The notes under the pieces: generated by a model
Database searches by the model: none
What the model was told of the DNA's origin: nothing
Seen by the model: only the letters and a program-made list of their open reading frames with translations
Source of the DNA: an uncultured Phycisphaerales bacterium
Lineage (GTDB): Bacteria > Planctomycetota > Phycisphaerae > Tepidisphaerales > Tepidisphaeraceae
Length of the DNA: 64,000 nt
Assembly: GCA_963844715.1 (NCBI GenBank)
Contig: CAWJPJ010000005.1
Span: 288,001 to 352,000, forward strand
Reading direction: 5' to 3'
Translations under genes and position numbers: made by a program
Shown here: one piece after another, positions 1-10,008 of the stretch
How the letters are laid out: each line of letters opens with the position of its first letter
How positions within the stretch are numbered: the first letter of the stretch is position 1

Positions 1-146
1 CAAATCCGGGAATATTACTTTTCTTAACCAATTCATTTGTTTTCTCCTCCGATCTCCGCGCCCTCCGCGTTCTCCGCGGTTGAATTAGAATTTCGTATCG
101 CAGCGCACTTGACCGCGCCAAAGATTTGCCTTCCAATTCCCCGCTT

Positions 147-1041
147 ATGGCCAAGGCAAGAGCGATTGTGAAGCGCCGCAAGGCGGTCCGGAATATCCGG
201 AAAATCACCAAGACAATGCAGATGATCGCCACCGCGAAGTTCCAGAAAGCGCTGAAGCGCGCGGTCGGGACCAAACCCTATTCCCGAAAAAGTGCGCGAA
301 CTGGTGGCGGAACTGGCGGGGTCCCTGGACGACATCTCGCATCCCCTATTGCGCTCGCCGGCGGATAATCCCGGCGGGCGGATCGCCCTGGTCGTCATCA
401 CCAGCAATCGCGGCCTGGCCGGAGCTTACAACGGCAGCGTCCTCCGCATGGCGGGCCATTTCGTGCGCGATCGCGAGGCGGGGGGCAAAAAGTTCGATCT
501 GATCGTCGCCGGGAAAAAGGGCTTTAACTATTTCAATTTCCAAAAACGCCCGGTCGCGGCACGATTGGATGGGATCGGGGATGCCCCGAAGTTTTCCGAT
601 GTCGAGCCGGTGGCCCAGAAATTGATCGATGAATTCATCGCGGGGAAATACGACGCCGTGTATGTGGCGTTTATGAATTTTATCAGCGCCGGATCGCAAA
701 AGCCCGAGGTCGCCCAGCTTCTCCCCCTGGCCGCGCCAAAGGCGGCCAAAGAGACCAAGTCGGGTCCGCTGAATTTGAAGTCGGTTTATGATTTCATTCC
801 GGATGCCAAGACGCTGCTGGACGAACTGTTGCCGCTGACGGTCAAGACGCAACTGTTCCAATGCTTCCTCGACGCGACGACGAGCGAGCACGTGGCCCGG
901 ATGATCGCAATGAAGAGCGCGACGGATAACGCCGAGCAGATGGTCAAAGACCTGACCATGAAATACAACCGGGCCCGGCAATCGCAGATCACCACGGAAT
1001 TGTCAGAGATCATGGGTGGGGTCGAGGCGATGAAGGGGTGA
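147..1041 (+). CDS. atpG: ATP synthase F1 subunit gamma (frameshift near 290)
   Basis: N-terminal IRKITKTMQMIATAKFQK, internal TSNRGLAGAYN and C-terminal SEHVARMIAMKSATDNA...YNRARQSQITTELSEI motifs; ORFs 126..368 and 292..1041 join at an A-run. Confidence 0.97.
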
Positions 1042-1059
1042 GGGAAATGCGGGGGACCG

Positions 1060-1126
1060 TTGCGAGTTGCCAGTTACCAGTTGCCAGTAAAATAGAGTGC
1101 CGTTAATGGAAACTCGCGACTCGCAA
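1060..1126. repeat. Intergenic heptamer-repeat hairpin (AGTTGCC-like units)
   Basis: ttgcgagttgccagttacca pairs with tggaaactcgcgactcgcaa at 17 of 20 positions. Confidence 0.6.
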
Positions 1127-1222
1127 GAATCCTTCATTTAGCATGTCTGTCCGCGGGGTCCCATAACTCGACTGGTCATATATCACTAGGCCGAGCAGCC
1201 GATATCTCTGGAGAGGTGTCGC

Positions 1223-1803
1223 TTGATTCGCTGGCTAATGGCCATTTTCATGGTGCTGTGGATCTGCTGCGAGGCCGCAGGCCAAACCACGCAGCCCGCG
1301 CCGCGCCGGATTTGTGGCAGCAGGCGGTGCAGCACGTCGCCCAAGGAGCGGGGGATGATACGGGCCTGAGGAATGCCCTGAGTGACAGTTGCACGGTGCG
1401 GAAATTTGGGGCGGACTCGGATGGAGATGTGCAATCGCTGATCGATTTTCTGGCCGGCGAGGGAACGCTCGGCGTGCATGCATATGTCTATCCCGCGCAA
1501 ATAATGGCGCGGGACATCGCGGCGGATGTGACGGCGTGCCCGGAAGCAGGGCTGGCACTGAAGCATGACATCGCCGTGGATGACCCGGCAGTAGGAAACG
1601 CTGCGGCGGCCGTTGCGATCCAGTGGGTCCAGATGACGCTCCATCCGGCAGCGGATACGCCGATAGGCGTGATCGTGCTCTGGAATGCCCGAACCGACAT
1701 CGATAACGACCGCCGCCTGAATTTTGTGCTCATCAAGGGCGAGAAGCAAACCGACGGCAGCTACCGCATCACCTCCATCTACTGGGGCGATCCACTAGGT
1801 TGA
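1223..1803 (+). CDS. Secreted hypothetical protein (frameshift near 1300)
   Basis: Alternate frame gives signal-peptide-like MAIFMVLWICCEAAGQTTQPA, which joins ORF 1216..1803. Confidence 0.6.
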
Positions 1804-1822
1804 CTCATTCCTCCAGTCAAAG

Positions 1823-1852
1823 CCGACGGATAGCTATCCGTCGGGTCTTTTT
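1823..1852 (+). terminator. Perfect 22-bp palindrome followed by a T-tract; probable intrinsic terminator
   Basis: CCGACGGATAGCTATCCGTCGG then GTCTTTTT, just after the stop at 1803. Confidence 0.65.
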
Positions 1853-1868
1853 GCATTAGAATTCCGGA

Positions 1869-2478
1869 ATGCCATCCCCGGCTTATCTCGAGCCGTACAT
1901 GAAAGCCTCGCGCCGGTTCGGCGCCGGCTTTGGCTCTCTGCTATGGGCAAGCCCCAAAACCCAGGCGGCCCGCTTTCGCGCCCTGACGCGATGCTGCGAT
2001 TTTCAAGGCCGCACGATTCTGGACGCCGGATGCGGCCGAGCGGATTTGTTGGATTATCTATTCAGGCATGAGATACCCCCGGCCAAATATATCGGCGTGG
2101 AAGCGATCGAGCCCCTCGCCGCGGCCGCCGAGAAAAAAGCACATCGAGATTGTTCGATCGTCCGCGGCGATTTTGTCGATGATCCGCGGCTACTGGATCG
2201 AAGGCGCCGACGCCATCGTCTTCTGCGGATCCCTGAACACCCTGTCAGTTTTTGATTTCCACCTCATCCTGACCACCGCCTGGAAAATGACCGGCGAGTT
2301 TCTCATCTTTAACTTCCTTTCCTCGAATGCCCTCGCCAAGGCGGAGCACCTAACTTGGCATAAGCAAGAAGACGTCGCCCGCTTCGCGCAGGGGCTGACC
2401 GAGCGAGTCGTCATTATCGACGACTATACGGAAGGCGATTGCACGATCGGGATGAGAAAAACTGTAGATGTTCGATAA
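1869..2478 (+). CDS. Class I SAM-dependent methyltransferase (frameshift near 2195)
   Basis: SLLWASPKTQAARF and ILDAGCGRADL SAM-binding motif; C-terminus in ORF 2068..2478 (FCGSLN...FNFLS). Confidence 0.85.
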
Positions 2479-2579
2479 ACATCGAAACTGAATCGCCCGA
2501 GCAGGCCGATCCCACCCCCTTTTGCGACCCCCTGGGGGCGGCTGTTTGGGTGGCTGGACCATAAAATGAAACACCATTC

Positions 2580-3329
2580 ATGCGTGCACTTTCGGAGACG
2601 GTTGACTTGGGTTGGAAAAATCTAGCCAATTTTCGGAGTCTACTTTTGGCCGTCACCGCAATCGCGATTTCGACGGTCGCGATGGAGGTTTTTTGTTTGT
2701 GGGAAAGAAGCTATTCGGTTTACGACCACTTCTATCACGAAACCGCTATTACCCGTCGGTCGGACGGCCAAGAACATGCTGGATTCCCCGATGAATTGCA
2801 TGGCCAGGAATGGAAACCGGGCGAACCAACAGTCATCGAACGGGATTGGGACTTCGAATCCAGAGGCGGTGGAATAAGAATTGAATTTTATCGCTCTGAG
2901 GTGGATCTCAATCAATTGAATGGCAGTCAATTCCGTCTGTATGTCGACGGCCCGTCCGTCTTAACAGGCGTACGTGGAGCACGTCCGCCAGAACCGCGTA
3001 GTAGTCATGAGGTATTAGAGGGGATCTATGGCTATCCCACTTTTGACTTTGGTCATTATCCGCGCACCTGGGACTTCTCCCACAACGCTCGCAAAGACCC
3101 GTTGTCCACGTCGAGCGCTGGCTCCACAACCGGATTGATTTTTCCGTATTGGTCTTTGGCGATTTTAAGCTCACTCCCGGCTGTGCTTCTTTGGATCATT
3201 TTGTTGCGAAAGTTTTGTCGCATAGCGGCTGGGCATTGCCGAGTGTGCGGCTATGACCTCCGCGCGACGCCCGAGCGGTGTCCCGAATGCGGGACGTCAG
3301 CAATTACGAAATCCGAGACGAGAACATGA
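2580..3329 (+). CDS. Membrane protein with C-terminal zinc ribbon
   Basis: Two hydrophobic segments and C-terminal CRVCGYDLRATPERCPECG. Confidence 0.75.
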   Translation: MRALSETVDLGWKNLANFRSLLLAVTAIAISTVAMEVFCLWERSYSVYDHFYHETAITRRSDGQEHAGFPDELHGQEWKPGEPTVIERDWDFESRGGGIRIEFYRSEVDLNQLNGSQFRLYVDGPSVLTGVRGARPPEPRSSHEVLEGIYGYPTFDFGHYPRTWDFSHNARKDPLSTSSAGSTTGLIFPYWSLAILSSLPAVLLWIILLRKFCRIAAGHCRVCGYDLRATPERCPECGTSAITKSETRT

Positions 3330-3356
3330 AACGGGAACATGAAACGGGGACGCAGC

Positions 3357-4386
3357 TAGAGCATTTCCCAAATTAAACTAGCGGCTGGCGGTAACCGCAA
3401 TGGCGGAAAAATCCCGCGGCATCTTCGGTCGTAACGGCGTCCATTGCCGCGAACACAGCCCGGACCAAGGTGTCGAACGTTCTGGGCTCCGCCGAGCGGA
3501 TCAGTTGCTTCGCTTTGCTCCACATCATCTCGATCGGATTCAAATCCGGCGAGTAGGGTGGCAGCAACCACAGTTCGCAGCCGGCGGCTTCGATCAGGCG
3601 TCGCACTTCTGAATGTTTGTGCGGCTGCAAATTGTCCATCACCACGATGTCCCCGCTTCGCAGGCTGGGCACGAGCGCTTCACGCACCCAGGCGACAAAA
3701 ACATCGCTGTCCATCGCCCCTTGAACAATCGCGCCGGCGGTCGCGCCGTCGAGCCGAACCGCGGCGATCATGGTGGTCGTGCTCCAGTGTCCGGCCGGGG
3801 TCTTGCACAACAACCGTTCGCCGCGGCCGCACCGGCCACGCAATCGGGTGAAGTTCGTCTTGGCCCCGGATTCATCCACAAAAACAAGACGCTCGGGATC
3901 GACGTCCTTCAGCCGCCGACGCCACTGCGTCCGCGCGGCGGCGACGTCGGGCCGATCCTGCTCGGACGCGTGGAGAGACTTTTTTTAAAGGAGAGGCCCA
4001 GCTTCCTGAGCCAACGGTCGACCGTCGACAGCGACACGTCCAGCGCCAACTTCTCTTTGATCTCGTTGAGCGTGGCATCCGGCCGGGCGGCCACGAACCG
4101 ACTCAAACGAGTCTTCAACTCGCCGGTCAACTTCCCCTTGCGGCCACGAAGATGAAGCAGCGGTTCGGCCGTCCCCCGTTCACGTTCATCCTGTCGCACG
4201 CGGCGGACGGCCGACTCGCATCGGCCGAAGATCGCGGAAATCTCCTTCGTGCCTTTGCCGGCACGATACGCCGACATGATCCATCGACGGGTCAGAGCGG
4301 TTTGCGATGCCATGGCAACCTCCTTGTTGAATCGGAGATTAGCAAAACAGCATCGATGGCGCTAGTTTAAAATGGGAAATGCTCTA
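3357..4386 (-). mobile_element. IS630-family insertion sequence
   Basis: Terminal IRs TAGAGCATTTCCCAAATTAAACTAGCG / CGCTAGTTTAAAATGGGAAATGCTCTA (25 of 27 match), TA within CTAG at both ends, IS630-type transposase inside. Confidence 0.95.
3373..4313 (-). CDS. IS630 transposase; HTH ORF and DDE ORF joined by a -1 frameshift
   Basis: HTH ORF 3909..4313; DDE part with VFVDESG, VVMDNLQPHK and LLPPYSPDLNPIEMMWSK; TTTAAAAAAAG (minus strand) at ~3979-3989. Confidence 0.93.
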
Positions 4387-4402
4387 GTTAGGACACAATT
4401 GT

Positions 4403-4566
4403 CTTTCCTCGGATGCCCTGGCGAAGGCCGAGCATTTGACCTGGCATAAGCAAGAAGAGGTCGCCCGCTTCGCGCACGGCCTGACCGAGCGAGTCGTCAT
4501 CATCGACGACTATATGGAAGGCGACTGCACGATCGGGATGAGAAAGACCATAGACATTCGATAAAC
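4403..4566 (+). repeat. Diverged 164-bp duplicate of the methyltransferase 3' end (2317..2480)
   Basis: Ungapped manual alignment with 19 differences in 164 nt and the same stop codon. Confidence 0.92.
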
Positions 4567-4774
4567 CGCGCTAGTGTGCGTGCGCGAAAGCGAACATTGC
4601 CCTCGTTTGCCCGATCCGCGCATTCCAATCACCGGACGAGCGCTGCGCGGAAAACTTCGCGACCTCCCTGGTGCAACCCGGTGTCTCGTGTCAATGATGA
4701 TTGCAGACGGATTGGGTCCAAGCTCACGCTTATTGAGTGTACGTTCATTCACGCGATAACTACGGTTTGCGGCC

Positions 4775-5837
4775 TCAGTTTGATGAGGTTACTTCCCATC
4801 GAGCGCTTCTGCCATGGCCCACTACCTTCACCATGCCATCTTTCTTCAGCGAGGCTAATACTTTCTTTAACAGTTGAGGACTGGCTGACGGAACCTGGGC
4901 CTTCAAATCTGCCAACGTAAACGAACCAAACTGCGCTAGCGCGGCCTAACGCGCTAATTCCGTCTTCGCTCCGCGCGGCGTTGCCCGTTCGACTTTCTCG
5001 GCGAATTCCGCATAAGCGCGCCGAACGATCGCGAGGAAATAGTTCCACCAAGGCGCGATCTCGTTGCGTCCGTCCGCCCAATTGCGCGAGCATCTGGCAA
5101 GTGCGCGGGTAGTAATCTTCCTTGCCATCCTCCACAAGGCGCTCAAGGCTCACAAATCGGCCGACCACAAACCCCTGCTGCTGGAGCAACAGCGCGGTGA
5201 GCAGGCGCGAGACGCGGCCGTTGCCATCTCGAAATGGATGGATGCACAGGAAGTCAAACACGAAGGTCGCCACCAGCATCAGAGGCGGCACTGCCCCCTC
5301 TTCAATGAGCTGCTTATATGTCCCACACAATCGCCGCACGGCCCCGGGCGTCTGCTTTGCCGGGGTGGGCCGGAAGCGGACGATGCGGCCAACCCCGGGC
5401 TGCAACTCGATGATTTCGTTGTCCTTGGACTTGAACCGGCCGGCATCTCCGGACATGCCCCCTTGAGCCATCGCGTGCAAGTGTAGGATGGTTCTCGTGT
5501 CGATGGCCGGAGATTTGCGAGTGAATATCCAATTCAGCGCCTTGCGGTATCCCGCCAGTTCCTCTTCGGAGCGGTCGCGTGGGCGAGCATGACCTAACAC
5601 CAATGGACGCAAGCGGTCGGGAGCGACGGTGACGCCTTCGATCCGGTTGGACGATTCAACGCTCTGGATGATGGCCTGTTCGCGCAGGGCGGCCAAGACT
5701 TCCGGCTTGCGGTGAGTCCAAAGGTCCTGCTTGCCGCGATACTCCATGCAGTCCGTCAACAACCACACGGTCGAATGAGGCAAGCTGCCCGAGAAGGTAT
5801 CAGCGCGGAGCGTCAGCGTGATTGATTTCTCCGCCAT
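4775..5837 (-). CDS. Fic-family protein with C-terminal wHTH-like region (frameshift near 5105, in-frame TAG at 4946-4948; possible pseudogene)
   Basis: HPFRDGNGRVSR catalytic motif and SSNRIEG inhibitory motif; reading frame continues past TAG as FTLADLKAQVPSASPQLLKKVLASLKKDG...GHGRSARW. Confidence 0.88.
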
Positions 5838-5933
5838 CGGTAGCTTAATAATAGCCCATTTGGTCGGAAGTAGCCAATAGACTACCTGGACCATACGCCC
5901 TTCATGGAGTTTGATCCGAATCTCTAAAAGTTA

Positions 5934-6039
5934 CGCGAGTCGCCACCGATCCTGACTCATCTCCGCGATCGGCTGTGGACGTGGAAAGATCAGTTACTCC
6001 CCAAGCACCCGATGGCCGAGGCGGTCAACTACGCCCTGG
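5934..6039 (+). pseudogene. IS66-family transposase (TnpC) remnant
   Basis: Translates to ESPPILTHLRDRLWTWKDQLLPKHPMAEAVNYAL, resembling the LPKS/HPxxxAxxYAL segment of IS66 TnpC; no start or remainder of the gene. Confidence 0.7.
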
Positions 6040-6345
6040 AAGGGGAGAACGAAAGCATGAAACCGAAACATGAAACCGGGACGCAGGCTAATTATCCATC
6101 AATATCTACGTATGTGTCATAGCCCCATGTTTATTGAACGTAAAACACACGCTGTGCATCTTCCCCACACTCCCCATCCACCCACACGTAGCCTAAGTGA
6201 GACACTTTGGGACATCCTGAGACAACCACCCCGCGCCACGACCCAATAACGCAGGTCGATGACCCACCCGCGACCATGTGGGACATCAGTTGTGACACCC
6301 GATGTGACACCCCCCTCACCCCTCCGCCCCGAGCCCGCCCTCCGC

Positions 6346-7208
6346 TCAATCAGTTGGTCTTATCCCACTTGATCGCGATCGGGTCGAACCGCTTATAGCT
6401 ATGCGGCGGCGCAACTGGGCGCTCAGAGTCAGGATTTTCTGCCGATAGGCCTGGTATTCAGCACCGCTGGCCCGGGGGAACCCTTGCAGGCCCACGACGA
6501 GGTAGAAATCCTTTCGCCAATTCTTGATGCCGCGCTCGATGGTGCAGGGAATGCCGTTCTTATTGAGAAAGTCACACGCTTCCTGGGCGGTTTTATCGTC
6601 GCCGTAACTTTGAACGAGGAGGTAGTTGAGATTGACCTGCCGAGCGTTGGGGGTAAAGACACTGGAAGCGGGTCGGGCCGTCGCCGTGTCCGCGGAGAGA
6701 TCGGCGGCGTCAGGATCGTCGGGCGACGGCCCCGCCACAAGTTGTGCCCCGTCCGGTTGTGCCGAGGCAATCTCAGAATTGTCGGACACGGGAGCCACTT
6801 GCAGGACGGACGGATTCGCATTGCCAGGCGCAGAGCGTCGATCGAGGCGATCTCCGTCGCATGAATCGCGGCCGGGTGATGGGCGCGGCGGGCGAGTTCG
6901 ACGATCCCGATCATCGTGACGGCCGCAAGGACGCCTACAACAATGCCGCCATGCTCGATGGCGTAGGGGCGGACACGCGCGACGAGGGGCTCCAACCGAG
7001 CGCGGGCCTCTTGATAGGCTTTCTTGATCCGGTCCTTGATGGGCGGCCCGGCAGGTTTGATTGTTTTAGCCACCAGCGCGGCGGCGGCGGGAGCCGCGCG
7101 GAACGGATTTGGCAGCGGCGGAACCGGACCGGGCGCGGGAGCCGCCGGTTTTTGGAATCGTTTGTCTCTTTGCAGGACTTCGAAGAGAGCCCGTTTACCT
7201 TTGGCCAT
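6346..7208 (-). CDS. Single-pass membrane protein with possible SPOR-like C-terminal domain (frameshifts)
   Basis: Pro-rich N-terminus, TM segment GIVVGVLAAVTMIGIV, C-terminal YLLVQSYGDDKTAQEACDFLNKNGIPCTIE. Confidence 0.6.
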
Positions 7209-7389
7209 CCTTGACCATCCTTTCACGAAGTGCGGTTCTTCCATGAACCGATGCACGCCAACTTACGGATTGTCAGTGCGCGGTCAAGAAAGGTTTAGGG
7301 GGAGCATCGAAATAAAATGGCCCTGGGTGCTGTTGCCCCGTCTGCGCTGGATTTGGGATGGCGCGGTCCCGCGCAGAAACTGCGCCGCT

Positions 7390-8170
7390 TCAAACTCCAC
7401 GTTGATTCCAATCGCTGAGTATGGAAGCGACGTGTCGAGAACGATCCGTGCCTATACCATCGCGATCCATCGCGGCGGCCAGCCGAATAATCGCCTCACG
7501 GTAGATAAGGGTGTCCGTTTTCAGGTCTCCCACTTCCCAGACTGCGCCAGCGCCGCCCCACATCTCAACGGTCTGAATAAATGAGATGAGTTCCGTGCGA
7601 TTTCGAGTCGGCAAATCGAGTAGTTGTTTCACATAGTCGGCTTGGCCAAAATGCCCGTGACTCCGCAGCAAGCCTTCGATGTCCTGAAGTGGATCAGCTA
7701 GTGATTTGCGAAAGAGTTCCAGCAGAGCTTCGGGCTGCAGGACGGCAAGTGTGGGGAAGCTGGCGTTGAATTGCTGTGCATCCGGTCTGGAAATATCCAT
7801 CAGATTGAGCAGATGCTTGTCGCGGCTTACGATCAGGGCCGCGTTGCTCGCAACTGCCAGGTCGACGTAATGGGAATCCTTTGGGTCAATCGGATGCCGG
7901 TAAGCGGATGGAGGGTCCGAAATCAGATGGGCGATCGGAGCAAGACGGGCGATAAGCGATTCTACATGCTCGGGGGCAATTCCCAATCGTTTCGGGGTCC
8001 GCTTTTGAGGGATCGCTCGGATCTCCTGTAGGACATAATGACTCCAGAAGAGCCTGATTCTCCCGTCCAGAACTCGCTCGACACAGCGCCCGGCATTTCC
8101 GTGAGGTGTAATAAGAGTTTGAGCGAAGATATTGCAATCGAAGACGACCCGATCGACCCCCCTCACTCAT
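7390..8170 (-). CDS. PIN-domain putative toxin with ~100-aa C-terminal extension
   Basis: RVVFDCNIF, DPKDSHYVDLAVASNAALIVSRDKHLL PIN motifs; overlaps the stop of the upstream small gene. Confidence 0.85.
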
Positions 8171-8417
8171 TATAAGGCACCCCGCGGGCGGCGTGATCCT
8201 CGCGTTCCAGACTTTCGGCCAGTTGGTCTTCCGTCATTCCCGATTTGAGGAATTGCTCCTGCACGGAACCGCTGATTTGGCCAAGGATTTTCGCCGGGGC
8301 AGCCTGGGCTTCAAGAACTTCGCAGACAAATTGCTCGATGGGTTTGCCCGCGGCCTCCGCCTGACGACGAAGAGTGTCCTCTGTTGGGTCCGGAATTTTG
8401 ACGGTGATTGTGGCCAT
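8163..8417 (-). CDS. Putative antitoxin (RHH-like)
   Basis: MATITVKIPDPTEDTLRRQAEAAGKPIEQFVCEVLE; small gene coupled to the PIN gene; GGAG Shine-Dalgarno. Confidence 0.75.
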   Translation of the reverse strand: MATITVKIPDPTEDTLRRQAEAAGKPIEQFVCEVLEAQAAPAKILGQISGSVQEQFLKSGMTEDQLAESLEREDHAARGVPYNE

Positions 8418-8502
8418 AGCTCTCCAAGTAGTCGCTCTACTTATTATACCACATCGTTTTTGAAATTCGTGGGTCCTGTTCAGAAATGGGGGGTTATACA
8501 CG

Positions 8503-9975
8503 TCAAATAAAAGCGATATCCGTGATACGGTGTTTGGCGATGGCGCCGAGGTGGAGTTCGCCGGCGGGGAAGCGGCCTTCCCAGGTGTTCCAGAGGATGA
8601 GGCGCTGACGATCGGGGGAGACGGCGGCGATCCGAGATGCCGAGGCGGCGAGCATTCTGCACCCGAGGTGCGGGCTGGAATAGCGGGTGCAGACTTCGTC
8701 GTCCAGGCCGATGCAGGCGACGGCCGCCGGATTCCTCGGCCAGGAGGATTCGAAAATCGTCCAGCCAGGGGAGGAGTGCGGCCGCAGAGACGGGCCGGGC
8801 GTGATGGCGCTCCTGCTCGAGCTGAAAATTCTGGAGATTGCAGACGCAGACGCGGCCGTCGGCGGTGATGACGAGCAATTTGGGAGGGCGAACGAAAAGG
8901 GCAATGATCTCGGCTTTGGATTCCGGTCCGACGGGATTGAGGCTTCCGCCCGGCGCGGCGACGAGAACGCGGGGGCCACTGGAGAAGATGGCGTTTCCGG
9001 ACGGGAGGATGGCTAGATTCTTCGCCGGGACAGCCGAATCCTTGATTCTGAGGAAAGGGGATTGCGGCTGCTCGATGTTCCAGGCGACGACGCCGGCTTC
9101 CGCATGGGTGGCCCAGAGGCGGCCCGATGATACGGCGGCGGCGTTAAATCCGGTTTTCGCCGCGATTCCCGGGTCGGCGAAAAAAAGCGGGGGCTGTTCT
9201 GAATTTTCGCGGAATCGGGTGACGCCGCCGCGGCTGCCGAGCAGGAGTTCGCCATCGTCACCGGGGCGGATGCTGCGAAGGGGATCGCGGGAAATCCGGG
9301 CCGTGCGCGGGGACTCGGATAGGTCCTTCGAGATTTCGAAAACCACGTCGCCGCTGGCGGCGAAGAGCTTTTGAGCGTCGCGGTCCTCGGCTTGGCTCAA
9401 GAGGATAGCGCGGAGCAGCTGGGGCTGATCGGCGGGGGAGATGTCCTGGAGGATTCGCCCGGCGGGCAGGCCGGGGAGCGGCGGTGCGCAGGGCCTGGAA
9501 TTTGGCGAAAAGCTCGCCGGCAGCGCGCAGCCGATCGGAGCGCTGGGATTCCTGCCGGAAGCTGGGACAATCCAAATCCAATGTGAACGGGGGGAGGAAT
9601 TCGACGCCGCTGATGAAGGCGATTGTCTTGGCGGCGATAAGAATTGCGGCGAGAACTTCCCCGCGCGACGTCGTAAAGCGAATCGGCGTCGTGTTGGGCG
9701 GCGGTAGTGCGGGCGGCGGCGGCGATGGCATCGGTGAAAAGAGCCGAGACTTCGCGGATTCCGACCACGGGGTGTGAATCGAGCAGCGCCTCGCGGAACA
9801 TTTTCTGCTCAACCGGAGATTCAAGGGCGCGGATCAAACAGGAGAACTGGCCGGTGAACGTGCGGGAATCGGACGATTGAAGGTCGGAAAGCGGCCAGTC
9901 GATACGGAGGGCGTTGGTGCGGAGTTCAATCGCACCGTCTTTGGATCGTGCCGCTAAATCGCTTGGGCCGAGCAC
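8503..9975 (-). CDS. Hypothetical protein with probable beta-propeller C-terminal region (several frameshifts)
   Basis: Consecutive minus-strand ORFs; propeller-like segments LWATHAEAGVVAWN, AVSPDRQRLILWNTW. Confidence 0.6.
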
Positions 9976-10008
9976 GCGTCGATTATACCCGTTCTATACC
10001 CTCAAAAT

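Noticed and set aside
2317..4566. Diversity-generating retroelement template/variable repeat pair
   Set aside because: Differences are not adenine-specific (many C/G and C/T third-position changes) and no reverse transcriptase is present
4946..4948. Pyrrolysine or recoded TAG in the Fic gene
   Set aside because: TAG acts as a normal stop in other genes here (e.g. 40118, 50110, 51278) and no pyl machinery is seen
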